The position numbers and the translations under genes are program-made. Below, in pieces: positions 1 to 7,823 of a stretch of 51,896 nt of DNA (the stretch's first letter is position 1; each line of letters starts with the position of its first letter). The notes beneath the pieces were generated by a model. That model was not told the DNA's origin and made no database searches. It saw nothing but the letters and a program-made list of their open reading frames with translations. Origin of the DNA: Gammaproteobacteria bacterium (GTDB taxonomy: Bacteria > Pseudomonadota > Gammaproteobacteria > JABDGN01); contig JABDGN010000006.1 of NCBI GenBank assembly GCA_013285995.1, forward strand, positions 1 through 51,896. The letters run 5' to 3'.

Positions 1-2
1 TC

Positions 3-965
3 GAAGTGCGCGTTGCGGAAGAAATTCAGCAAACGCAGCAACAGGAATATCAAAAACAAATTAATAAAGCCAATATGGATGATCAAAAAAATAAAATTGA
101 TATGGCTGCGATTACCAAAGATCAAAAATTTGCGCCGGTTACGGCTTTGGCTAATCAAGTGACGAGTCAATTTTTAAATGCCTATGCCTATTATTTTGGG
201 GGTATTTTGTATGAAGCGAGCGGCGAGTCCAACAGTGCGTATATTGATTACAAGCAAGCTTTAAGCATTTACCCAGGCAATCCGTATTTGCAACAGAATG
301 TGTTGCGCTTGGCGAAACAATTGGGTATGAACAGCGATTATGCCTACTATTCGCAGCAATATCCAAATGTGAGTGCGGCGCCAGCAGGGGCGAATCAAGG
401 TCAGGTTGTGGTTTTGTTTGAGCAAAATTTTATTCCGCCCAAACAAAATATGTCGATTCCTATTCCGATTCCTAAAGCGGGGATTGTGCCGATTGATTTG
501 CCCACCTATGCTCAACAGTTGCAGCCTACGCCCGCTCTGCAAGTGAATGTTGCCAATGGACAAACTTTAGGAAGCACGGTGCAAATCGTCAATTTACAAG
601 CGATGGCAGCTAAAGCCTTGTCAGAAGATTATACGATTATCATTACGCGCGCCGTGCTGCGGGCAATGGCTAAAACCGCCATTGAGTATGGGGCAGGGCA
701 AGCTGACCAGGATAACTCGCTTGGTAGCTTACTTGCTAACTTATACGTGATGGCAACCTCTAATTCAGATTTGCGTAGTTGGCTTACTTTGCCCAACGAT
801 GCGCAAATTATGCAAGTTTTTATGAATGCGGGTGATCAAACCTTAATTTTAAACTATAATGGGAACTCGCAGCGTTTGCCGGTGAAAGTGGCGGCTGGCC
901 AGACTACCTTAGTTTGGGTGGTTGCTTATCCGGGGCGTTTAACTGCACAAACTTTTTTACTATAA
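3..965 (+). CDS. COG3014-family lipoprotein, 5'-truncated by the window edge
   Basis: Motifs NAYAYYFGGILYEA..AYIDYKQAL and DLRSWLTLP; lies upstream of ycfL-lpoB as in the known operon; frame is open to the window start. Confidence 0.8.
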   Translation, partial: EVRVAEEIQQTQQQEYQKQINKANMDDQKNKIDMAAITKDQKFAPVTALANQVTSQFLNAYAYYFGGILYEASGESNSAYIDYKQALSIYPGNPYLQQNVLRLAKQLGMNSDYAYYSQQYPNVSAAPAGANQGQVVVLFEQNFIPPKQNMSIPIPIPKAGIVPIDLPTYAQQLQPTPALQVNVANGQTLGSTVQIVNLQAMAAKALSEDYTIIITRAVLRAMAKTAIEYGAGQADQDNSLGSLLANLYVMATSNSDLRSWLTLPNDAQIMQVFMNAGDQTLILNYNGNSQRLPVKVAAGQTTLVWVVAYPGRLTAQTFLL

Positions 966-983
966 CCAAACAGGGGTTAACAC

Positions 984-1382
984 ATGAAAAGATCTTTATT
1001 ATGGGCATTTATTGTAACTTGCGTTGTGGCGTTGGCGGCGTGTACAACGGGCGCCTATTTATCAGCGGCTTCTAATTCAGATGCAGCGATCACCGGCGGT
1101 GTGGTTGCCAGTGGGCAAGATATTTCGCTGACCAACTTCAAAACCCGTATGGTCGGTGGCGTGATGAATGCGGTAGTGACAGTGACCAACACTAGCATGG
1201 GCAGCAGCACTAAAAATATTTCTTACAAATTTACCTGGTTTGATAAAGATGGTTTCCCGACCGGTGGTGATACACCTTGGCAACCTTTATCGGTAGCAAC
1301 CACGAATCCGCAACAGTTAGTAGGAGTAGCTCCTAATACACAAGCTGTGCTGTGTCGAATTAATATCCATATCATGAACTAA
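984..1382 (+). CDS. ycfL: YcfL/DUF1425-family lipoprotein
   Basis: Lipobox LAAC; YKFTWFDKDGF..W motif; operon context. Confidence 0.8.
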   Translation: MKRSLLWAFIVTCVVALAACTTGAYLSAASNSDAAITGGVVASGQDISLTNFKTRMVGGVMNAVVTVTNTSMGSSTKNISYKFTWFDKDGFPTGGDTPWQPLSVATTNPQQLVGVAPNTQAVLCRINIHIMN

Positions 1383-1395
1383 AAGAGAGGCAGTA

Positions 1396-1989
1396 ATGAA
1401 ATCCTTATTTAAAGTAATAGTTTTAACAGCGGCAGTGGCCGTTTTAGCTGGCTGTGGTGGTAACAGCGGTATTCAATATACCGATCCAACCGCAGTTGAT
1501 AACAGCAGTTTGAATTTCGGTTCGACTGATTTGCAAACCACGGCGCAGAAGATGACGGATAGTATGTTAACGTTTCCGCCGGTGGTGAGAATCACCGCTA
1601 ACAGCACGCCTGTGTTATTCGTCGACTCAATTAAAAACGAAACCAGTCAACAAATTAATACCGATAATATTTCTAACATGATTATGACGGAACTGATTCA
1701 GTCGGGTAAATTTGAATTTGTGGATCCATCGGTTGCAACCAGTGTGAAAGCGCAATTGACGTATCAACAGGACAGTGGTTTGGTTGATCCAGCTTCAGCA
1801 ATGAAAGCGGGCACGCAAATTGGTGCGCAATACATGATGTATGGTAGCGTTACGAATATGGCGGGCGTTGGATCGAATGGTCAAACGGTCAGTCAATATT
1901 ATTTGATCACGATGAAATTGTTGGATTTGAAAACCGGCATTATTGTGTGGGCGGATCAGAAACAAATTCGGAAAGTTAACAATTCGTAG
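1396..1989 (+). CDS. lpoB: Penicillin-binding protein activator LpoB-like lipoprotein (paralogue 1)
   Basis: Lipobox LAGC; GSTDLQ, IKNETSQQINT and ITMKLLDLKTGIIVWADQKQIRK motifs. Confidence 0.8.
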   Translation: MKSLFKVIVLTAAVAVLAGCGGNSGIQYTDPTAVDNSSLNFGSTDLQTTAQKMTDSMLTFPPVVRITANSTPVLFVDSIKNETSQQINTDNISNMIMTELIQSGKFEFVDPSVATSVKAQLTYQQDSGLVDPASAMKAGTQIGAQYMMYGSVTNMAGVGSNGQTVSQYYLITMKLLDLKTGIIVWADQKQIRKVNNS

Positions 1990-1996
1990 GAAAAAA

Positions 1997-2087
1997 AATC
2001 CCCCTGCCCCCCTTTTTCAAAGGGGGGATCCGTAAATTGATTTTATGTTGATTTCCCCCTTTGAAAAAGGGGGATAAAGGGGGATTT
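1997..2087. repeat. Palindromic repeat family A (AATCCCCC..CCCCCTTT..AAAGGGGG), full inverted doublet
   Basis: aatccccctgcccccctttttcaaaggggggat ... ttccccctttgaaaaagggggataaagggggattt; further copies at 3148, 8553, 23672, 29951 and 36911. Confidence 0.9.
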
Positions 2088-2101
2088 AAATATTTTAAAT
2101 C

Positions 2102-2704
2102 ATGAAATCTGTCATTCGCTTTTTAATCATTTTATCTTTTTGCAGCATTCTCGCTGCCTGCTCCAGCTCGCAGTCTTCTTACACTGATGCAACTGCGGTT
2201 GACACTTCGACAGTGGGTTTTAGTTCAACTGATTTGCAAACCACTGCGCAGACAATGACAGATAATATGCTGACTTTCCCGGCAATTGTGAAGTTGACCA
2301 GCAATGGCAACCAACCGATTTTATTTGTCGACACAATTAACAATCAAACGGATCAACATATTAATACTACTAATGTTACCAACATGATCATGACGGAGCT
2401 GACGCAATCGGGTAAATTTTTATTTACCGATCCCTCCGTGGTGCAACAAGTGCGGCAGCAATTGAGTTATCAACAAGACAGCGGCTTAGTTCAAAAGGAT
2501 TCAGCTATTAAAATTGGTCAACAAGTCGGTGCGCGTTATATGTTGTACGGCAGTATTAGCAATATCAAAACGCGCAACAGCAGTGTGACCGATAATTATA
2601 TGTTGATCACTATGAAATTATTAGATTTAAAAACCGGCTATATTATTTGGGCCGATCAAAAACAAATTCGTAAAACTCAAACGCGTGCAACGTTTGGGTG
2701 GTAA
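2102..2704 (+). CDS. lpoB: Penicillin-binding protein activator LpoB-like lipoprotein (paralogue 2)
   Basis: Lipobox LAAC; strongly similar to 1396..1989; ends ..QIRKTQTRATFGW. Confidence 0.8.
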   Translation: MKSVIRFLIILSFCSILAACSSSQSSYTDATAVDTSTVGFSSTDLQTTAQTMTDNMLTFPAIVKLTSNGNQPILFVDTINNQTDQHINTTNVTNMIMTELTQSGKFLFTDPSVVQQVRQQLSYQQDSGLVQKDSAIKIGQQVGARYMLYGSISNIKTRNSSVTDNYMLITMKLLDLKTGYIIWADQKQIRKTQTRATFGW

Positions 2705-2743
2705 CGGGTATAACTTAAACTTTAAATTTTGGAGAATGTAACA

Positions 2744-3142
2744 ATGAAAAAATTAGCGGTATTTATTTTAATGGCTTTTTTGAGTGTGGTAACAGTGAAT
2801 GCGTTTGCCGATGCAGGTCAAACTGAGGCGGCTAAAAAAGAGCACATTACTAAATTTTATGATCAAAAAATTGCGGATGAAAAAACTCGTTTTCAGAAAG
2901 ATGTTTCTGATTTAGATACACGTTACAATCAGAAAAAAGCGGCAGCTGAACAACGTTACGAAAAAGCCATTCAAGGCAAAGATGCAGCGGCTAAAGCCGG
3001 GATTGAGCAAAAGCATGTAGCCGAAATCGCACAAATTGATAACGACTACAAAGCTAAATTGGCAGCCTTGCATCAAAAGCACGATGCGCAAGTGCAGCAA
3101 TTGATCCAAACGCGTGACGCGAAAGTAGCCGCGGTGCATTAA
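2744..3142 (+). CDS. Secreted/periplasmic helical hypothetical protein
   Basis: GGAG RBS at 2731, ATG at 2744; signal peptide MKKLAVF..NAFA; Lys/Ala/Gln-rich coiled coil. Confidence 0.7.
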   Translation: MKKLAVFILMAFLSVVTVNAFADAGQTEAAKKEHITKFYDQKIADEKTRFQKDVSDLDTRYNQKKAAAEQRYEKAIQGKDAAAKAGIEQKHVAEIAQIDNDYKAKLAALHQKHDAQVQQLIQTRDAKVAAVH

Positions 3143-3147
3143 CAAAA

Positions 3148-3274
3148 AATCCCCCTTAAAAATCCCCCCTTGCCCCCCTTTTACAAAGGGGGGAAGATCC
3201 TTTTTCAAAGGGGGAAATTTAAATGAAATTAGTTTAGGGATCCCCCCTTTTGTAAAGGGGGGCAGGGGGGATTT
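3148..3274. repeat. Palindromic repeat family A, expanded copy
   Basis: Several CCCCCTTT/AAAGGGGG hairpin units; begins just after the stop codon at 3142. Confidence 0.9.
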
Positions 3275-3308
3275 AAAGGAGATTGAAAAATTTTCAATAA
3301 GGCAATCA

Positions 3309-3611
3309 ATGAACCCTCCCACCAACCAAACCAAAGTTCGTCTTCTCAATCGCGATTGGCAATTTAAATGTGCGCCCAATGAAGCTAATAAATTGCAAGA
3401 AGTGGCTTTGCATCTTAATCACGCGATGCAAACCATAGAAAGCAAAAACCATAACTTGAGTTATGAAGAAACGGTGGTCATGGCAGCGATCAATATTTGT
3501 TATGAATTGCAAGCCGAAAAAAATCGTGCCAAACGATTAACAGAGGCAGGTAAAAAGATTAAACTCCTACGCGATAGACTTGCCAAAAAATTAGCTTTAC
3601 TAGAAGTTTAA
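3309..3611 (+). CDS. zapA: Cell division protein ZapA
   Basis: VRLLNRDWQFKC..LQEVALHLN..VMAAINICYEL; synteny with the 6S RNA and the cyclo-ligase gene. Confidence 0.85.
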   Translation: MNPPTNQTKVRLLNRDWQFKCAPNEANKLQEVALHLNHAMQTIESKNHNLSYEETVVMAAINICYELQAEKNRAKRLTEAGKKIKLLRDRLAKKLALLEV

Positions 3612-3615
3612 AATC

Positions 3616-5694
3616 CTAGCTGATATGGATGACGGGTTGGGAGGCTCCGGGTTGTGGCGGTGGTGTACCCAAGAGGTCGAGTACCTGGCGCATGGCAATA
3701 TTGCGCCCCACCATGTTATTTGGAACTGGCTTCCTACATATATAGCATTGCTTATACCAAGCGCGAGATGAAGCGTCAATCGTATAAGCAGTTCCCTGGC
3801 ACTCAGGACTATGGCAAAGATAAACAAGAGGATCTTGCAGCTTTGCCAAGCCTACTGGACACACAATTTCCTTGGCCCCCACTCTCAATTGCTGAGCGGA
3901 AACTACTCGTTGCTCAGCTGCGCCTACCATTTCTTCTTGCTTAATTTGGACAGCACCAGTCGATTGAGCGGACTTCTCATTAGCCGCGTCTAACGTGGCA
4001 CGCAACTGCGCGTATGCTTGTTCCCGTTTTTGCAATGCATCTTGCAGTGTTCCAATTCTTGCTTGTAGCCTCGTGATTTCTGCTTGCAATGCTATCACTT
4101 CCGAATCAGCAGGCGCTGCAGCGTTGGCGGAAGGCATTGCCGCCGCCGGTGGTGGCGCTCTTCTCGCAACCGGTTGGATAAACAGTTTTTGAGACGGTAA
4201 GACAGGCACATAATGCTTTGATGAAACATTCAACGTCGCTAAAGTTAGCGTATCATAAAAATTCATGGAAGGTTGATAGGTGGAGTCTCTTATCTCTCCA
4301 GATGCTTCAAGCAAGCGTTTATTAAGGCCAAGGTTTTCGTGATACTTTGTAATGAAACAAATATTTTTCAGTCTGTGTAGAGGCGAACCTGACGGCAAAT
4401 TTTCAATGTATTTTAAAATTAATCGCCCCTCAACATCTATGCTGCCACCTGGCTTATTGGGCGACAGGAGGTATTCAGGATAATTCATTTGTGGCGTAAT
4501 AAATGGTTGAATGGAATTAAAAATGGAAGAATTTGGGTTTTTTTCTTCCTTTGTGTATTGTCCTGCACATGTCCCACGTAAAAAAAGGATATCCCATCGC
4601 AAGCCAAAAACATAATGAATATACTGACAAATAGCTGCAAAAAAAGAATCACTGTCATCCGGGATTTGGCCTACTGTAAAAGCCGGAGGCAAACCAAGCA
4701 TTTCCAACACTTGTTGTCCATAATCTGACATGGCTTGAGCGGGTGGTCCACTCCGTGGGAGCGCTGCTGCCGCAGTGGGCACAGGAGCTGCAAAGTTTTG
4801 GACAGGCATCATGGCTAAGCTTTGTCCTAGCTCTGCAGTCATGGCTATTTCTGCCGGCGTATATGGACGTGCCGGGCCCGGGTTGACTAACTGATAAAAC
4901 ACATTACGAGGGGTTGGTGCCCGTAAGGAAGATAAAGGTTGCCCGCGCTCAGTGAATGCATCCAAGGCACGCATAAAATTTCCATAAGATCTTTCTGTGA
5001 AAATTTTTAATGATGGGAAGTTGTTAAAAATATCGGGCGCCAGGAACAGCTGCTTTTCGGAATATCTCCCAAATGGTTCATAGGGAGCTAGTCTGAGCGT
5101 ACAGTTCTCCGGGGAGAATAGTGCCGTGTATAGCCAAGTTCTTTTCTTCTTTATTTCGTCGAAAAATGCATTTGTTATGAACATCCATAACTGGACCAAT
5201 AGATCCAGATTCGCCACTACCTGTTGATGGGTCAGTAACAGCTCGCTATGCTTACTCTGATCAAGGTATTGCTTGGCTCTTTGCAAGAGAATATCGGTAA
5301 AAAACTTATACAAAGAATCACCAGTGAGATTAGACTGCAGGTGCCGGAATGCTTCTGGTGGTAACTGTCGAAGTATTTTAAAGATCTCATTGGGGTTCTC
5401 ACGTCCCAAGTAATCAGCTAATGCGGGCGGTATCGTTTTGTGTCCGTGATTTCTGTAGCTGGCTTGTTGGGCCAAGAGAGGGTTTAGATCAGCCAATATC
5501 AGACGCGATATGCATTTATCTGTGAAGCAATCCATCAAGGGAGCAATGAGAAGGCATGTAGCTGTAGCCAATAACACAGATGTAAATTGTTCAGGGGTAA
5601 GAACTTGCGGTTCAGCCGGCGCCTCCATTCGCTGTCTTTTTGGTGGTGGTGATGAGGAGTCGTCTGAGTGATAAGCCATAGGAAAACTGCTCAT
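3616..5694 (-). CDS. Candidate host effector: NLS-like N-terminus, OTU-like domain (Cys>Ser), coiled coil, C-terminal U-box/RING-like domain
   Basis: PPPKRQR; GQIPDDSDSFFAAI..GG..EGRLI..HYVPVL; heptad stretch; CPVG..QDPL..CYICRKPV..RNIAMRQVL. Confidence 0.6.
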   Translation of the reverse strand: MSSFPMAYHSDDSSSPPPKRQRMEAPAEPQVLTPEQFTSVLLATATCLLIAPLMDCFTDKCISRLILADLNPLLAQQASYRNHGHKTIPPALADYLGRENPNEIFKILRQLPPEAFRHLQSNLTGDSLYKFFTDILLQRAKQYLDQSKHSELLLTHQQVVANLDLLVQLWMFITNAFFDEIKKKRTWLYTALFSPENCTLRLAPYEPFGRYSEKQLFLAPDIFNNFPSLKIFTERSYGNFMRALDAFTERGQPLSSLRAPTPRNVFYQLVNPGPARPYTPAEIAMTAELGQSLAMMPVQNFAAPVPTAAAALPRSGPPAQAMSDYGQQVLEMLGLPPAFTVGQIPDDSDSFFAAICQYIHYVFGLRWDILFLRGTCAGQYTKEEKNPNSSIFNSIQPFITPQMNYPEYLLSPNKPGGSIDVEGRLILKYIENLPSGSPLHRLKNICFITKYHENLGLNKRLLEASGEIRDSTYQPSMNFYDTLTLATLNVSSKHYVPVLPSQKLFIQPVARRAPPPAAAMPSANAAAPADSEVIALQAEITRLQARIGTLQDALQKREQAYAQLRATLDAANEKSAQSTGAVQIKQEEMVGAAEQRVVSAQQLRVGAKEIVCPVGLAKLQDPLVYLCHSPECQGTAYTIDASSRAWYKQCYICRKPVPNNMVGRNIAMRQVLDLLGTPPPQPGASQPVIHIS

Positions 5695-5769
5695 TTATTA
5701 ATTTTATCGCTTGAAAGATACAGCAATTTTTTGGTCAAAGCAAGCTTTCATCAGAGCGCCAAACAGTTG

Positions 5770-5798
5770 TTTACAGCGAAGATTGACGGGAGTATACT
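5770..5798 (+). promoter_or_regulatory. sigma70 promoter of the 6S RNA
   Basis: TTTACA-17 nt-TATACT immediately before the predicted RNA. Confidence 0.65.
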
Positions 5799-5800
5799 GA

Positions 5801-5983
5801 AAGTCCCTGCGGTGTACGTTATCAAATTTTTCATTTTGAACCAATATTGTTTCATATAGGAAGTTCTGTCATATCGCGGTTGTGCTTGCTCGACTAGACT
5901 CGAGACCCTGAAGCGATACTTGAATTTCCACCTGATTACTCAGGTTCTATATGGGCGTTTTGAGACGGCATTGCGGGGAACTT
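5801..5983 (+). ncRNA. ssrS: 6S RNA
   Basis: Terminal stem aagtccctgcggtgt / gcattgcggggaactt; about 180 nt; gaccctgaagc and caggttc motifs; canonical position upstream of the cyclo-ligase gene. Confidence 0.85.
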
Positions 5984-6006
5984 CTTATATTTTTTCCAAA
6001 TTCTAT

Positions 6007-6038
6007 CTGTAGGGGCCGCTCACGAGCGGCCCCTACAG
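6007..6038. repeat. GTAG-family REP palindrome
   Basis: ctgtaggggccgctc-ac-gagcggcccctacag, a perfect inverted repeat. Confidence 0.85.
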
Positions 6039-6049
6039 TTTCCCGAAAA

Positions 6050-6637
6050 ATGTCTCAGCTTCAACTCCGCACCCAACTCAAACAAACCCGTCTCGCTTTA
6101 TCCACTACAGAGCGTGAGGTGGCCGCACAAAAAATTACTGCAAAAATTTTAGCGTTGCCTGAGTGGCAGGCAGCCGATCACATCGCGATTTATTTAGCGG
6201 TACAGGGCGAAGTGACAACTGATGAGCTAATTAAAGCGACCTGGCAGGCCAATAAAAAAATTTATTTGCCAGTCGTGCAAGGTGATGGCACCTTGCAGTT
6301 TTCACTCCATCAAGAAAATGATACGTTGATTAAAAATCGCTATGGCATTCTTGAGCCACAAAGAAAAGAATTTTTTCCGACTGAACAATTAGATCTTGTT
6401 ATTACTCCTCTAGTGGGTTTCGATGATCAGTGCAATCGCTTAGGAATGGGCAGCGGTTATTATGATAAAACCTTTGCGTTTTTAAATGTGCCTAATCGTC
6501 CTCTCAAACCTCAGTTAATCGGATTAGCGTATGGAATTCAACGTGTGGAAAAATTAACGCCGCAAAGTTGGGATGTGCCGCTCAATAAAATAGTGACTGA
6601 AAATACCATAATAAAAAATATACTTTATCAACCTTAG
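6050..6637 (+). CDS. ygfA: 5-formyltetrahydrofolate cyclo-ligase
   Basis: NRYGILEP, DLVITPLVGFD, RLGMGSGYYDK; start moved to ATG 6050 because the upstream extension overlaps the 6S RNA and the REP. Confidence 0.92.
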   Translation: MSQLQLRTQLKQTRLALSTTEREVAAQKITAKILALPEWQAADHIAIYLAVQGEVTTDELIKATWQANKKIYLPVVQGDGTLQFSLHQENDTLIKNRYGILEPQRKEFFPTEQLDLVITPLVGFDDQCNRLGMGSGYYDKTFAFLNVPNRPLKPQLIGLAYGIQRVEKLTPQSWDVPLNKIVTENTIIKNILYQP

Positions 6638-6647
6638 AAATATTCTT

Positions 6648-7706
6648 TTATTCTTCATAGAAAGAGCTTTGCAATTGTAGCGCATGTAAATATTGTTCGA
6701 GCTCCTGGATAAGTTTTCTAATTTCGGTCACGGTATGTGTAGGCAAGCCTAAATAACTCCAAAGCCTGAAAGAGTGTTCATGAATCGATTTTGAGAGAGG
6801 AAGTCCACAGGCTGGATTTATTGCTTGCTTGAGCAAGGTTAACACTGTGCGCAAGTTTCGAGAATCAATCCCGCCAATTTGAGTTCTTAAAGCAGCAAGT
6901 GTTTGTCTTTTCGCCGGGATTTCAGTCCTGGTTTCGCATGCTTCTAGTACGCCAAGAATTTTACTTTTTAATGCTGGCGATCTTGAATCGGCAATGGTTT
7001 CGTAGGCATCACGAATAATAATCTGCCCCCTCTCCCAACGAAAAATTTTCTTGGAGTCAGGCCTTTTCTGTATTCCAAGTTGTCGCATTTGTTCGATAAC
7101 CAATTGTCTTTGCGGCGAATTGAATGATAGCTCGCTAGCTCGTTGATAGAGTTCTGTATGTTGCGGCACATTTTCGGAGTCTATGGTGACTTTAGTTCTT
7201 CCTGCAAAAGTATCCAAGAGTACCGTTAAAGTTCGGGCTACAATATCAGCGTATACCCCCTGGTTGGCTAAGGCACCACATAAGTTATATGCAAAACTCT
7301 CTTGGCTAACATTGCCAGCAGCACCAGCGCCCGCTCGGCAGCCAAGCAAGCTAATTTTTAGTCGTTGTTGAGAAGAAGGATTTCCTTTTGCAAGAGGGCT
7401 CAGGTTCGTAGCTAAAATATTGGCAAGCTGATTGTAATGGAGAAAGAAACTCTGGTCCCAGGCAGCTAAAGTATCAGACCCTGCTAGATTGTGGCTGATA
7501 ACATACAATCTAGAATGAGCATCTAATTTCTGTAATAAAAAAAAATACGGGGCAGAAAAAAATTGTAGAGAAGGAATAAAGATAATATCTTGCTCAGCTG
7601 TAGAGGCTAGATTGCGTTTCTGCTGAAACGCACTTTGTAGCGCTTGAGCATATTTCTCACTACCCTGTCCTAAAGCAATAGTAACTTGGTGGCTATAACA
7701 GCGCAT
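6648..7706 (-). CDS. Candidate effector with a peptidase C80 (CPD)-like cysteine protease domain
   Basis: RLYVISHN (His) and KISLLGC (Cys), followed by SFAYNL..L; PmrA-type box upstream; acidic C-terminus. Confidence 0.55.
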   Translation of the reverse strand: MRCYSHQVTIALGQGSEKYAQALQSAFQQKRNLASTAEQDIIFIPSLQFFSAPYFFLLQKLDAHSRLYVISHNLAGSDTLAAWDQSFFLHYNQLANILATNLSPLAKGNPSSQQRLKISLLGCRAGAGAAGNVSQESFAYNLCGALANQGVYADIVARTLTVLLDTFAGRTKVTIDSENVPQHTELYQRASELSFNSPQRQLVIEQMRQLGIQKRPDSKKIFRWERGQIIIRDAYETIADSRSPALKSKILGVLEACETRTEIPAKRQTLAALRTQIGGIDSRNLRTVLTLLKQAINPACGLPLSKSIHEHSFRLWSYLGLPTHTVTEIRKLIQELEQYLHALQLQSSFYEE

Positions 7707-7740
7707 TTTATTATTGAATGTTGTTGTTAGTTTTTATAAA

Positions 7741-7772
7741 ACTATAACACTCAATTCTTAAGGTAAGCTTAA
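7741..7772 (-). promoter_or_regulatory. PmrA-type box plus -10
   Basis: Minus strand: TTAA gcttacc TTAA-11 nt-TATAGT. Confidence 0.6.
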
Positions 7773-7823
7773 AATGCGCAAAATTAAGGTGAAAATTAGG
7801 GCGGGCGAGAGAAAATAAATTTC

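Noticed and set aside
2912-3379. 155-aa minus-strand ORF
   Set aside because: It is antisense to two real genes and its middle is translated family A repeat (PPFTKGG)
5951-6049. N-terminal extensions in the ORF track for ygfA, and likewise ftsE, ftsY and tkt
   Set aside because: They are read-through of the 6S RNA or of REP elements; downstream ATGs match the family starts
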